A stretch of 64,000 nt of DNA, from positions 101,122,001-101,186,000 of the forward strand of contig OX597823.1 of assembly GCA_951406725.2 (NCBI GenBank). The letters are read 5' to 3'. The notes below the pieces were generated by a model. The model saw only the letters and a list, made by a program, of their open reading frames with translations, was not told where the DNA came from and made no database searches. This DNA is from Octopus vulgaris. Its lineage: Eukaryota. Shown here piece after piece: positions 1 through 13,730 of the stretch (positions are counted from its first letter, which is position 1; each line of letters starts with the position of its first letter). The position numbers and the translations under genes were made by a program.

Positions 1-969
1 ATTACCAAAGTATTTCAGTCCCTCAACCTCTATGCCAGCATACAATTATTTGACAGGATAGACTGCACAAGAATTTTCAAGTATGCGCACATTTGAAGAA
101 TATCCACATCTGGCACCTAATTCCGTATACGTTTTCTTCTCAAACATTTTCCTCCTCCACACTTCTTCTATACTTTTCTTCGTCCGAAACGTTAAAACTT
201 TTCCCCGTCTTTTTAAGCGTCAGACTAACACAACATTTGTTAAAACTTGTCTCTACCGTATTATCTTCTTTATGTGCTCCTTGCCTTCTTACACACACAC
301 ACGGCGTACGCGCGCAGACACACACGCACATACACATACACACATACACACACAACATACACACATCTGTCACATTGTCTTTCTAGCTGTGTTACATATT
401 TGCTGACAATATATTAAGTGTCTGCCTTTACATAATCTATCATTCTCTGTACTTATTATCTTCTTCCCGCTTATTCTTCATGATAATTCAACAAATCGCA
501 AAATCTTTGTCATATTCATTCAAATATTCTTTTCACAATGGAGAGTTCACAGTCTTCTATATGTATGCTTCCTTTCTCAGACGCTGTGACTGTTTTATCA
601 CGACGCTTTCGCCAGTGAAAAATTGGTCATAAAATTCCTTTCAATGATATAAAACCAAATTAATACCTCCGAGTGTAAAAACTCGCAAACACTCCATCAT
701 TTACAAAGTGACACTTCAGTAGTCATGCTTAGAATTTTCAATTAAACTGTTAATGTGGTTTCATTGTTCTTGTACAACACTGATACAGACAATATGCCAA
801 TAGAAGACGTGTGTATAGAGAGAGTTTTACACCCCCCACATACACACATGCACATACACAAACATACACATACACATACACACTGTATTGCTTATATATT
901 GTATATTCATTATTAATTTTAAAGGACTTACTCGTGAGATATGTACTGTTGCAAAAACAGGCACATACA

Positions 970-1172
970 TATACACACATGCACACAGACACACACATCT
1001 TACATGCATACACAGTCATACAAATACAGTTACATATCACACAGAACGACAAAAACATATAACACAGAACGACATATACACACATGCACACAAACACACA
1101 CATCTTACATGCATACACATGCATACACAGTCATACAAATACAGTTACATATCACACAGAACGACAAAAACA
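970..1172. repeat. Local direct duplication (~90-100 bp x2) in CA-rich low-complexity DNA
   Basis: ATATACACACATGCACACA...CATCTTACATGCATACAC...AGTCATACAAATACAGTTACATATCACACAGAACGACAAAAACA occurs at ~970-1058 and ~1074-1172. Confidence 0.8.
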
Positions 1173-1516
1173 CTCACAAACATACACACACACATTTATG
1201 TGGGGCCAACGAGGAAGCCTCTATGTGATCTCTCGACCTTCTAGGAATAGCAGCCGAATCTTATGCTAGTGAAACATTGCATCTTTTGTAAAAATGTCCA
1301 TTGGATAATGTGGCTTCAGATACACTGTGAACGAATGTATGATGGGATGGTCATGGCTGGAGTGCCTCAGACTATATTGTCTGCTTAATCAGATATAACT
1401 TTGAGATAAACAACAACAATGGCAGCAAATACCGTCAAACGCAGACGGATTGTATTTGTGTGTGTACTATACATGCATACATACATATATGCATGTATAT
1501 ATATATATATATATAT

Positions 1517-1675
1517 ATATTTGTTTTGTCCTTTGGAACGCGCGTATGTATTGAAACCTATTTTGTATTAAATCTAATTCTGAGTCAACATCCTTTTCTC
1601 CTCCATTTTCTATAATTGTTGATGGTATATTTATACCTGTAACGATATTTTTCAATATATAAATACATACATACA
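1517..1675. repeat. Left arm of ~155 bp inverted repeat (partner 4607-4772) bracketing the PLE
   Basis: Near-identical reverse complement; both arms translate to ILKNIV.GINIPSTIIENGGEKDVDSELDLIQNRFQYIRAFQRTKQI on opposite strands. Confidence 0.9.
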
Positions 1676-1699
1676 TACATACATACATACATACATACA

Positions 1700-1735
<36 letters not shown>

Positions 1736-1786
1736 TATATATGAATAAATGAAAGAATGGAGTCGAACGAAGATGTTAACAAAATT

Positions 1787-1879
1787 CCTTTACTCACGAC
1801 ATATATTTCGAAGACAGCATGTTTTCATTCCAAAGGAATAAAGGGTGCATTATGCAATCTTCTCATCAGGAAAGAAAGG
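1787..1879 (-). ncRNA. Type I hammerhead ribozyme motif in PLE 3' region (imperfect stem I)
   Basis: Minus strand: cctttctttc-CTGATGA-gaaga...tcttc-GAAA-tatatg-TC-gtgagtaaagg. Confidence 0.6.
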
Positions 1880-2192
1880 GAGCCTCTCTCGACAACAAGA
1901 CAAACAAAAATTTCGATGATTGCCTACATGGTAAACAAAGCGATAATGAGTGCTTTTTTAAAAAAAATCCGTTAGAAGAATTGACGTCAAAGTTAGATAG
2001 TAGGAAGAGAAGGGATAAAGGAATAATAGGTAGGGAACAAGTGGAGAGGGAAGGGTACGTTGATTGAAAGAATGTTCGAAGGCTTAGGAAAGAATTTCTC
2101 TATAGTAGTGGGGTGGACGTAAAGCTAATTGTTCAAACCACAGTGACTATCGTTATCATTTATATGAGTAGAAAATGTGTTTCTGCCAGTGT

Positions 2193-2543
2193 TTACATTT
2201 GTATGATTTTTCTGAGTGTGTTTACTAGGGGAACCTTAGAGAAAAGAATATGGAAGAGTTCAGAATTACAAATGTTACAAAATCTCCTGCCCTTATCAAA
2301 AGGAAAGGATACAGACAGTATGAACCAATCTAACTTGAAAATTATATTGTTGTCTTTAAGACGCCAAACTAATTTACTTAGCCCTGTACTATGTCGTTTT
2401 TTACTATCCCTGAATGTTGAATAGTGGTTTGAAATTCTCTTGGATAACTGGGAAGTGGACGCTCCTATATAGAAGAAGACATCGGTACCGGAAGAAATTC
2501 TACACTGGTAAATAGAATTCTTAATCTTAGAATTACTAGACAA
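2193..2543 (-). pseudogene. PLE GIY-YIG endonuclease fragment
   Basis: SIYQC-x9-YIGAS..R...H, STGLSKLVW, CNICNSE..IL. Confidence 0.8.
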
Positions 2544-3467
2544 AAATTTAATTCTGTTGGGGTTGTCCTCCGAGATCGAAACGAAGTTTTTATTGTTATG
2601 ATTGTTGTTACTATTATTATTAGCGCTAACAACTACACTATTTCTATTATTATTAGTATTATTAATGGTACTACAACCGGTAATACCACCGACAATAATA
2701 CCGTTATTGCTGTTACCATCAACACTACCATTATTATTAACACGACTAATACTATTATTAATATTATCATTGTTAACACTTTCGCTGCTACCGATGCTGT
2801 TACTATTAATACTATTCCTATTATTATGATTGTATGATGGGTTGGATTTAGCAAGATTAGATTTGGAACTCCCGGGTGAAGAATCTTGGTATTGTGGGAA
2901 GATATAATTTGTGAAAGATTCCTAGTGTTAGAGAAAGCGATTCTGACCTTGTGGGAATTGATAATAGAATGATATCTAGAATTTCTGGGAAAGTTCTTAG
3001 CAACGGCTTCACGGAACTGTAAGGGAAGGTTCGATTTAATTTGTTTTCCGAAAGGTATTACGAACCAGATACAGTTTTTTGTGGCCTTTGAATTGTTCTT
3101 AGTGTTATTTGTGATAGTAAGGGGAAAATTTCTGGGTTGGAAATTTGGGGCTGCATGGCGCTTACCTCCCCTAGTCCGTAAAGAATTTATTTTATGTACA
3201 GGATTGCTGGTACTATTAGAATTGAAATCATTATTCCTATTACGAGTAACTTTACTATCTGGAGAAGCAGATGTTGGTTTAGAATGAGCTGAGTCGATGT
3301 ATGACACTTTCTCCTTATAACCGGCTCTTAACAAGGCGGCGTTATAGAAGTCTGCCTTTTGGTTAAAGATGTCGACATTAGCAGATAATTTTGACAGTCT
3401 CAGAGATATGTTTTTAACTAAATTATTGGTAATTGGCCTGGCATGATTACTGAAAATGCTAATATAC

Positions 3468-4376
3468 TTAAGATTTGTGGAAGTATGTGGAAGGGAAGTA
3501 TGAGTTATTCTGCAAATTGAGGGTAATGTCTATGAAGTTGGCTTTAGTTAATTCATCGTCAAAAACTATGCGCAAGCCCATTCTACTAAAAAACCTAACT
3601 AATCTGTTCTTAACCTTCTGTATTTTTTGGTTCGAAACGTTTTGGAGGTAAAGCAGACAATCGTCGCGATAAAGACCTCCACAGATGTCCGGGAATTGGT
3701 CGGCCATTTCATAAAGAATATAAATTCCGACCAAATCGGCTATCTGGGCGCTGTTTGTACTTCCCATTAGTACATCAAACGCATTAGGGGTATCTCTACG
3801 GACCCACAACTTGTTATCGAACTGGATGAAAGATTTCCTAGCAGTCAATATCACACTAATTTCCTCCCTGGAGAGGCCTGCCTTATTGTGTGCGTGCCAT
3901 AGGGCCTTATTAAGTATAATAGGGTTGATTGAAGAATAGAAACTAGATATATCGAATTGGATAAATTTAGTGTTGGCCTTATCAGTAATAGAAGTAAACC
4001 AATCTACGACTTGAACAGAATTGGACCATAAGCTAAGTTTTAATTTATTAATTAATGTAGGGATATACTTATCTAATATGTATTTACTAAGGGTGCCGAT
4101 GTCTGAACTGGAAGGGCATATGAGCCGCAATGCTGGGTTAGTATGAAAGTTCTGCTTGTGGTCCTTTAAGATGAATCTGGGTTGCCTAGGGTTCAATGGT
4201 TCCGTCTTTATCTGTAATCCGTAAGTCTCCATAATCTGCTTAGTTTCTAAGTTGGCCTGCCTGAGAGTATTCCTACTGGTGGTCCTGTAATTCTTATGTA
4301 TCTCCTTTTCAAGCAGTTCCAAATAATGGCTCTTGGTAAGCTTATAGATGTTGCCGGTTTTATCCGATTGGACCAT
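3468..4376 (-). pseudogene. PLE reverse transcriptase fragment
   Basis: RT motifs FDISSFYSSI, LMGS and GGLYRDDCL; frameshifted at both ends. Confidence 0.85.
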
Positions 4377-4606
4377 CTCTGGAGACGTTATCGAGGTATC
4401 TGAGGGGCTTATTCCTGAGGGGTGATTTATGAAATTTAATATTCTTTACGATGTCCCAAAGATCATCTTCGAATTTCTTCAATCTAGGATTAGGTGGAGG
4501 AGTTCCCATCAACTTAAATAGTTTTTTATATTCAAGGGAGATGTCGTTTTAGGTTCTCATTATCGTGGAAGAAGGCGAGCCATCTGATGCGGATGATAAA
4601 TGCATT

Positions 4607-4772
4607 GTATGTATGTATGTATGTATTTATATATTGAAAAATATCGTTATAGGTATAAATATACCATCAACAATTATAGAAAATGGAGGAGAAAAAGATG
4701 TTGACTCAGAATTAGATTTAATACAAAATAGGTTTCAATACATACGCGCGTTCCAAAGGACAAAACAAATAT
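4607..4772. repeat. Right arm of ~155 bp inverted repeat (partner 1517-1675)
   Basis: Direct sequence comparison. Confidence 0.9.
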
Positions 4773-5349
4773 GCAAGAAAAAAAAAATTATAACCATACT
4801 AATTATAATTAAATTTATGCATTGTCACTTTCATCAGGGTGATGAATTTTTGTAAGGACATCAAAAAAGGTTTAATAAAATAAAGTAAATTAAAATATAA
4901 TACAATAAGAGAGAATAAAATGGGGCAATATGGAAAAAAATCGGATATTTACAAGCAAGTTGTAAAAGGGGAAAAAATAACAGTAATAATAATAGTAAGA
5001 GAGACGAAAGAGAAAAAAGACAGACATATCAATGTGTATGCATGTCTATATGTGCGGTAAACTATAACATAAAAATAAGAATGAAAGGCTAACGGCTATG
5101 TTTAAAAAATGGTAACAGGTCGAGACAAATGTATAATAAATAGGGCTACGTTTGTATAGTAGAATATAACGCAACAAGTGGACTAGCAGAAACCCAACTA
5201 ATATTTTCATATTCTTATTACTTGCTCTGGCTGTTTATTTATGAATATGATGAATCATATTAGAAATTATTCTTTCTCTCTTTTTGGACCTCTCAAAAAG
5301 TTTGAATTGTTCTCTTTTGAACTTATTTTCCCTATATATACATATACAT

Positions 5350-5382
<33 letters not shown>

Positions 5383-5386
5383 CATG

Positions 5387-5435
<49 letters not shown>

Positions 5436-5587
5436 GCATGTATGTAGACACACACATATATGACTACATACACACCGACACACATATACATGCACTCCAT
5501 ACACACATATACATATATGTATTGTGTATGTGTTAATATGCATATATATATATATATATATATATGAGTGAGTGAGTGAGTGAGCGA

Positions 5588-5622
<35 letters not shown>

Positions 5623-5889
5623 CGTATCTGTTGAGTATTGTTTTGCGAGCAATAATAAAAGAAAAGAATATTACCATAGTTCCAAAGCTGATAATTTACA
5701 GATCCGAAACCTTTACATTGTGTCAAACATTAACTGCAGAGAAGAACCCTCCAAAATACGGATGCGTGAAGCCTTTTCTTTGTTTTTTTTTTCTAAATAA
5801 ATATCTAAAACTTACCGACATGATTACAATATTATTAGTCATGTAGCTAATTTTCTGGCAACCCCTTCTCATTATAATTTTTAAAATTC

Positions 5890-6300
5890 ACTATCGTCCA
5901 GGTGCCTTCTCTGTGTTCAGAGGTCGGATTGACAAAACTCTCAAGTTTTCTCTGCATTGTACTGCGTGCATACAGTTAGCCAGGATCCTGTTTCCATCCC
6001 ATTCTTTGATATCGTCAGTCTGCAAACGTCCTTGACGGTCTCCTGTTCTCTTCCTCCCGACACGTCCTGTCAGACTCGTGGCGCATCGTATGTCCAAAAT
6101 TTGATAGATTTGTGCACTTGATTCTTCACAATAAGTGTCTTTTGACTTCCAACTTTTCTATTACTGCAGCGTTTGTTAACGTGTATTTCCAGCTCATTGT
6201 GCTCAATTTACGGAAGATCCACATCTCAAGCAGTAAATCAGAAATGTTGATGATTTTAATATTAGGTATTTACTATTCGCCATTAAATATGTTCACTAAT
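5890..6300 (-). mobile_element. Degenerate RTE-like LINE 3' fragment
   Basis: GRVGRKRTGDRQGRLQTDDIKEW resembles the RTE C-terminal G+R.RGRP..W.DDIKEW segment. Confidence 0.45.
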
Positions 6301-6694
6301 GCTTAACTGTTGATTTTTATGCAGATGCCTTCTCTATGTGATTAACGTTAATATTTTGTTGGGCTGGGAAAATGAAGTTTCTGCCTGGAAACGTGTATCA
6401 ACAATTGAATAGATTTCAGTGTCAACGTCTCAATATCAATCTTGTTAACATCATATTGTGGGGCCATTTAGTGATACATATTTTATCTAACTCTGACCCT
6501 TCATATCAAAGATTACTCACTCTTTACCATACGATCCCTTGTATTAAACAGTAGTTCTAATGGCTGACGAAATAGAGTTGTTCGGGTGTAGCTTTTCACA
6601 TTGTTCAGCAATGCAGTTCAAAAATACTTCCTCAAGGAAGCAAAAGCAGCATCTATAACCTTTTATTATTTCTTTTTCGGTTGAGGCGGATTTA

Positions 6695-6890
6695 AGGCGG
6701 TGGGCTGGCAGAATCGTCCGTTTTCATTTTTCTGAGTTTTTACGTTCTGAGTTCAAAATACCGCCATGGTCAATTTTGCCATTCATCCTTTCGGGATCGA
6801 TAAAATAAATATCAATTGAGCATTGAAGACAGTGTAATCGACTCTCCCATCCCTCAAATTTGTGGGCCTTGTGCCGGAATAGGAGATTAT
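6695..6890 (+). mobile_element. tRNA-derived SINE with Nin/Deu-like central domain
   Basis: GGCGGTGGGCTGGCAGAATCG head, GAGTTCAAA B-box-like motif, GCCATTCATCCTTTCGGGATCGATAAAATAA; related copy at 14470-14672 (-). Confidence 0.6.
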
Positions 6891-7206
6891 TTAAGATACA
6901 TAAGTAATTAAATTACAGCGATGTCTATCTCAAATCATTGAGAATATAATAAATTAGGAAAATTCAAAAACGGCACGCGTCACGTTTGTATTTAAAGAAG
7001 TAGCGGTTTCTCATTTGATAATGAGATAACTTATAATACTCCCAATAATTTGGGTTAATTAAAATAAATTTAACTTAAAATAATTAGGTATGCATATAAA
7101 TTACGTAATTATGATATAAATGATACTTAGTGCTAATGAAACAGTTATTGAGCGTATTTGAGCTACTATAAACTATTTCTGAAATGCATACTTACAAACT
7201 TTTTAT

Positions 7207-7395
<189 letters not shown>

Positions 7396-7952
7396 GTAAT
7401 TCTCTATATGTATATATATTTACACATCTATATTATAAAATATATATTTATACATATTTATATACATATACACATACACATACACACACACGCACGTGCA
7501 CACACATTTATCTATATGGTGGCTCCCCCCTCGTTATCGAGTATGGCCATTGCACGAAGCTAAATCAATGTTGTTATCGTGCAATGCTTGTGCAAGAAGA
7601 TTTTTTTTTAAAGTGAGGAAAGGCTGTGCACTGAGTCAATCCCACTCACCAAGCAACAGCAGCCATAATCCGAAAAGAAGAACAAGTCAATATCATCGGT
7701 AACAACTGAGCCGCAGGTTTTATGTCGGAGTTATCCCAGTTACCTGAGTTACCTTCTCCTAGAAGGATGCCCTAACAAAGGCTAGGAGTCCTTCACTCCC
7801 AATGGTTTAACCGCGCGATCGGGTATTCAGTCCGATTATTTCTATGTCCCCGCGCATAATACAGCCTTACGACATTTATTGGATGGCCGTTGACTCTCAA
7901 GAGTTCCTCCGCCCTTATATATTCATACATACATACATACATACATACATAC

Positions 7953-8029
<77 letters not shown>

Positions 8030-8030
<1 letters not shown>

Positions 8031-8960
8031 GGGAAGAAATGGAGGGAAGAAATGGAGCTGAATGAAGATTCTACAAAATTCCTTTTTATTATTTTCTACA
8101 CATGTTTCAAAGGCTGCAAATTTCCAAATTCGGATTGAATAAGGAGACCATTTTGCAGCTTTCTCTTCAGGAAAAACCAGGAATTTAAATCTCCAAACAA
8201 ATGCGCAGCAAGCTATTCGAACAAAACGCTCCCTAGAAGCCCATGGTAAGGCACAAAACTGTCTCTCAATGTGCGTTGACGTCAGGGTGGGTGAAGGCCG
8301 ACGAAAAAGTCCGTTGGAATAAATCGAGGTCAAACTGCGGTTAAATTTGGTAGGGGAAGAATTCCAGAAAACCAAAGAGTGTGAATATATTCTGTATAAC
8401 TAATGTTAATGTTCGAATTGTTTTAAGAATGAAAGCTATCTTATTTGGATGTGAGAAACTACTTACATGTATGTGTGTGTGCGCCTGTGTATGTGTGGCA
8501 GTATGTTAGGAAGCAGCTAGAGGGAAAATATATTGCAGATATTGTAGGTCAAGCGGCTGATAAAAGCCTGTGTCTGTGTGTTCGTCTGTGGTCAGTTTAT
8601 ACACAGATGACTTGTCAAACAAGGGGAGTATAATCCCTGATATTATTTCTAAATAAGTAGCAGATCATACGCTAAAAGGGGAGTAATTTCCCTTTACAAA
8701 TTTAATTCAAAATTTTTTTCCAAATGCTTTCCAAAATTTTTTTCCTTTCTTAGGACATCAAGGTGTTAATTATCTTAGGCTTCAATTGTATGCAAGAAAT
8801 GTGTGCCGCCTCTAGTGGGGACATCTGAAAGAGTTTTGCAAAATCGCGTTAACTAGCTGCCCTCGGGCGAACAAAATGTGAAAAATTTCAGAGTTGCAGA
8901 GATTACAGATTCTTTTGCCTCTATCAAACGGTACAGACACCGATAAATATATATAACAAG
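8030..8960 (-). mobile_element. PLE 3' fragment (GIY-YIG C-terminus + 3' region), related to 1741-4600
   Basis: LSVSVPFDRGKRICNLCNSEIFHILF matches LSVSFPFDKGRRFCNICNSELFHILF of ORF 2193-2543; similar terminal sequence next to (TA)n; hammerhead at 8092-8175. Confidence 0.75.
8092..8175 (-). ncRNA. Type I hammerhead ribozyme
   Basis: Minus strand: ttttc-CTGAAGA-gaaagctgcaaa...tttgcagccttt-GAAA-catgtg-TA-gaaaa; all three stems pair. Confidence 0.75.
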
Positions 8961-9030
8961 GATAGGAATTGCTCACAAACTGTTCTGATGATAAACCAGT
9001 TTCATTATGGTACAACATTATGTACGTCTG

Positions 9031-9067
<37 letters not shown>

Positions 9068-9221
9068 TCAAATGTGTGTGTAGGATGTTTTGGCATCGCT
9101 GATGGAACTAGATATAAATTGCGAAGTAGCTATAAACATTTCAGGTCTCACTTCTCTGAATTTTGTTTAATTATGTACATGTATAAGTATGTGTTTATAT
9201 CTATATCTATTTTTCTATCTG

Positions 9222-9335
<114 letters not shown>

Positions 9336-11256
9336 CGTCGCTTCTATAAGTATTGACTCTCGAGCCATTATTGCGGAAGCTGGCAACTCTGAGGGGCATC
9401 CCGCGAGAACTGGGATGCGGGACGAGCGTGTCTGCATACGCGTACGACGTCACCGTCATAGTGTCTAGCCACGAGCACATCGAGCAGGTCGGCGAGACAC
9501 TGAAAAACTACGAAGCGGTGACAGGAGCGAAAATCAACCGGGAAAAGTCAGTGGGCTTGCGACTCGGCACCTGGAGAAGCAAGCCCATGCCGTCCACCAG
9601 CACCTCCGTCGTGGGACGCTGGACCGACGGTCCGGTCGAGTTGCTCGGAGTCTGGTTCGGTCCGGACCTCCAAGTGGAAAAGAACTGGAACGAGATAACG
9701 AGTAGGGTGGTCACTCTCGCCCGGCAATGCGCCGAGAGGAAACTGTCCCTAAGAGGTCGGGCGGAGGTGGCGAACACGTACATCGCGTCCGTCATCTACT
9801 ACTGCCTGACCGTCGTGCCTTGTCCCGATCCTACCATCACCAAACTAGAACGCATTCTCTTCCGCTTCTTGTGGAAAGGATGCGTCCCGATGGTCAGGCG
9901 ATCCATTTGCTGTCAACACCCGTTAAAAGGAGGACTGGGCATGCCGTGGTTGATGATGCGCAGACACGCGCTGAGACTGCGACATCTCAGGCTCTTCGTA
10001 GACGACGGTGATCAGGTATGGTCGCCGTTTGTGGGGCACGCTTTCCCGCAGCTCGTCTCTATGACCGAACTGCAGTCGTGGATCAAAAAGAGGCCGAGGA
10101 AGGGCGAATGGCACCGCGAGTGTCGCGTTGCTCTCAAGCAACTCTGCCGTCTTGGGTCGACCTTGAGTGACTCCATCACAACCAAAGCATTCTATAGGGG
10201 ATTAGAGGAGGGAGGTACGACGACGAGTTCGGGGCGAACCTGGATGATGAGGAATACCTGACTCGCCTGTTCGGGACGACTTTCGGGCCAGGGCTCATGG
10301 ACAACTTCCAGAGATCCCTGGCCTGGCAGTGCTACCGAGAAGCGCTACCCGTTCAGGATAAGCTCTACAGACACGGCTCGAGAAACACGGGGCCGACCTG
10401 CCCGAGATGCGTTCTGAGCGACGAAACCGTTCTGCACGCACTCGTGCAGTGTCCAACAATTTCCGACCTGTGGGCTTATGTCGAACAACTGCTGTCACGT
10501 GTGGGACGAGTCGGTTTATCAGCTGAGTCTATCGTCAATATTGTAACGCCTCCTTCCTTCAAATGGGAAGGAAGAGCTATTTTCATCATCCTTGTGGCTA
10601 TGGCGAAAGAATGTATCTGGTGGACACGTCTGAAAGGATTGGAGACAAACACTTTCCTCTCTGGTCAATCTCTCATCAACTTCTTCAAGTACCACTTGAA
10701 AAGGAAAGTGAGAGTAGAGAGGCAAGTTTTGTCTAGCGAATGTTTAAAAATAAGATGGGTGAATGTAGCAAGGATGGCACGTATGAATAACAAAGCCACC
10801 TTGAGCATAATCCTATGAACCCAGAAATTGAAAACAGAGGGTTACCCACTTGCAAACAAATGTGGTAACATATAACAATATTGACCGAGGTTACCGTGGT
10901 CTTTTTCGTAGGCTTTTCTTCCCACGGATAAGCCTTATCTGCTTCCCCCTTTACACCGTACATCATGACACTGATACACGATCCCTATTGATCGTTTTTT
11001 TCCTCTTCCCCTTTTTTCCTCTTTTTTCTTCTTTCTTCCTTTTTCTTTTCTTTTGTTTCTTTTCCTATTTTTCCTTTTTTTCTTCTTTATTTCTTTTTTT
11101 CCCCTTTTTACGGTCCCTTTTGATCGAAAACCTACGCCACTTTTGTTTTGTTTCTTTTGTTTTTTGTTTTTTGTTTTTTTCATCCCCCAAAAGAAAAGCT
11201 CTACCTTGTAATTTGTTCCATCTGTGTGCAGCCCTGTGTGGCCAATAAAGGAACTT
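9336..11256 (+). mobile_element. 5'-truncated L1/Tx1-clade non-LTR retrotransposon inserted in a (CTAT)n microsatellite
   Basis: ORFs 9353-10261 and 10297-10818: LEPLLRKL, SAYAYDV (degenerate YADD), GAKINREKS, LSLRGRA, GGLG, C-terminal CPRC..ETVLHALVQC; T-rich 3' UTR ending AATAAA; (CTAT)n on both sides. Confidence 0.9.
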
Positions 11257-11303
11257 ATCTATCTATCCATCCATCCATCCATCCATCCATCCATCCATCC
11301 ATC

Positions 11304-11383
<80 letters not shown>

Positions 11384-11388
11384 GTCTG

Positions 11389-11429
<41 letters not shown>

Positions 11430-11431
11430 AT

Positions 11432-11561
11432 ATAAGTTCAGTTAAATTTAGATTCAGTTGAATATGGTACTTAAGTTAAAGGCACCAGAATTTGGTATGG
11501 TATTTATCCATATAATTCAAAATGGGGTGATTACAATCATATCCTTGTTGCTTATTTTGAT

Positions 11562-11566
<5 letters not shown>
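11432..11566 (-). mobile_element. Very short copy of the terminal segment of the 21892-22965 element
   Basis: Reverse complement matches 22860-22965 (ATCACCCC..ATGGATAA.ACCATAC..AATTCTGGTGC..TAAGTACCATATT..GAATCTAAATTT..GAACTTATA), plus CTTGTTGCTTATTTTGATTATA. Confidence 0.65.
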
Positions 11567-11595
<29 letters not shown>

Positions 11596-12065
11596 TGTAT
11601 GTATGTGTGTGTGTGAATATGAATATAGAATATAGTGAATATAGTGTATGTTGCAATGCACGAAATATCTTCCAGTTCGCCGGGTCCTGAAATTTATACG
11701 TAAGAAGAAAAAAAACACTGAGCTGAGATTCACACTTCTGAAAGGACGTTGTACTTGAGACCATTCGTTCAGATATCCAAACAGATGATAATCTACAGCC
11801 TGTAACAGCACACCACTATTATTGTGAATATTTATCTTTCATTTCGCTCTGTTTACGTATGTTTATTGGCCATATAATATCTCTCTAGCTAGAATTTCAC
11901 AACTTGTGAGGTAATTATCTCGTTTAATCCAGTCTCACGACGCTTCCGCGATCCCCTCGCGTTTAATACGATGAACTCTTACTCATTATCGTCTCCATCT
12001 AACGGCACCACAGTACCACAGTAATGGAAACAATTATATTGGATGAGACGTTTTTCTGCATAAGC

Positions 12066-12133
<68 letters not shown>

Positions 12134-12289
12134 ATTTCCATATGCACGTAAATTTACACACACACACACACACACATATGTGAATATACACACACACACC
12201 TACAGTCAGAAAGAAACAGAAGTGTCTTTTTCCGTTTTCTTTCTTTTCTTTTCTATTCTTCCATGTATGCATGCAAGTATGTATAATAG

Positions 12290-12640
12290 GTGCTAGAGCG
12301 TAACAGACCTGACCTAATGGTGGTCGACAAGATGCACCACGTTTGCTGTATAGTTGATGTTGCGTACCCCTTTGACCCACGAATAGTCAAGAAGGAAGGC
12401 GACAAAAAAAAAAAAGAAAAGAGAAATACAACCCTCCTAAGTACGAAATAGTCCGGCTATGGAAAATGAAGAAGGTAAAAGTAGTGCCAAGTGTTGTTGC
12501 GTTCTTGGGGACAGTATCAGGAGGCATGAAGAGGAATATAAAAGAAATTGGAATGAAGTGCCCAGAAGAACTGTAACAAAAGTTTTACCTCCTTGGTACG
12601 GTCTAAATAATCAGGAAAGTCTTACATAAGTGAAAAGAAC
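12290..12640 (+). mobile_element. Degenerate RLE-type (R4/NeSL-like) non-LTR 3' fragment
   Basis: Reads across frames as RPDL..VD...IVDVAYPFD...K.EKY..LKYEIVRLWKMKKVKVVP, homologous to the RLE domain of 14866-16161. Confidence 0.55.
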
Positions 12641-13059
12641 GGATAGCATGGTACCGTACAGCAAACTTGCTACGCATGTAAGACTCCAGGAGTTCCAACG
12701 AAACCTGTGATAAAAAGAAAATAATAATAACAGTAATAAACTATGACGATTTGCAGTATGCAAATTCGCAGGTTGTAGGAAATGAAGAGAGTGTACGTCA
12801 TACCAATAGTAATTGTCGCACTTGGAAGTATCGGCACTCAACCACCGACATGGCTCAAAAGAATTGGTACAAATGCAAAGATAGAACACCTATAAAAATC
12901 ACCATTGCTTGGAAATGCAGGAGTTCTCCGCAACGTTCTTGAATCAGGACCGGGAAACAAGTGTCAACTTAGTCTGCTGGTTGTGAACAGCTGACATTTT
13001 CCACCATACGCAGCCAAGTAATCTGAGAGTTTTCGTCAAATACTAATAATCATGATCCC

Positions 13060-13402
13060 ATAGACATGGCTGTGTGGTTAAGAAGCACAATTTGGGGCTA
13101 CATGGTTCCGGGTTCAGTTCCTTGGGCAAGTGTCTTCCACTATAGCCCCGAGCTGACCAATGCATTGTGAATGAATTTGGAAGACGGAATCTGTGCGGAA
13201 GCCAGTCATGCACAGAAATACATGCACCGATATAGGTTTACATTAATCAAAGTATTCAGTGTTTATCGTTTCATTTCAGCCGAGGTTACCTATCTCTTTC
13301 GTATTGGCTATTAAATAACTAAATATTAGAAAATAGAACGGTTAAGCGATTAATTAATATAATTCAGAGGTGGTAATACACACACACACACACACACACA
13401 CA

Positions 13403-13494
<92 letters not shown>

Positions 13495-13730
13495 TATATG
13501 CATTTATGTATCTATGTATGTGCGTTTGTGTATGCACCCCTCACCGCTTGACAACCGGTAATAGTTTTTCTACGTCCGTGTAGCACAGCGGTTCGGCAAA
13601 TGTCTTTCATAGAATAAATACCAGACTTTAAAATAAAAATGTACTGGGGGTAAATTTGTTCGACTAAATCCTTCAAAGTAGTGTTCCAGCATGGCCACAG
13701 TCCAATAATTGAGACAAGCAATAAATAAAA
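13060..13730 (+). mobile_element. tRNA-derived SINE with internal (CA)n; same family as the SINE targeted at 51322
   Basis: TGGCTGTGTGGTTAAG (A box), GGTTCCGGGTTCAGTTCC (B box), GGGCAAGTGTCTTC.ACTATAGCCCCG, tail CCAGCATGGCCACAGTC. Confidence 0.7.

Larger units (their letters stand above)
1741..4600 (-). mobile_element. Penelope-like retroelement (RT + C-terminal GIY-YIG), 5'-truncated and frameshifted; Naiad-like
   Basis: ORF 3468-4376 has SDKTGNIY, FDISSFY and GLYRDD (RT). ORF 2193-2543 has SIYQCRI..FYIGAS and CNICNSE (GIY-YIG with CxxC). An Asn-rich linker lies at 2580-2830, a hammerhead in the 3' region, and the element ends in (TA)n. Confidence 0.85.

Noticed and set aside
7690-7920. Possible RTE-like 5' UTR or ribozyme on the minus strand
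   Set aside because: Only a vague resemblance; I could not build a supported structure or assignment.
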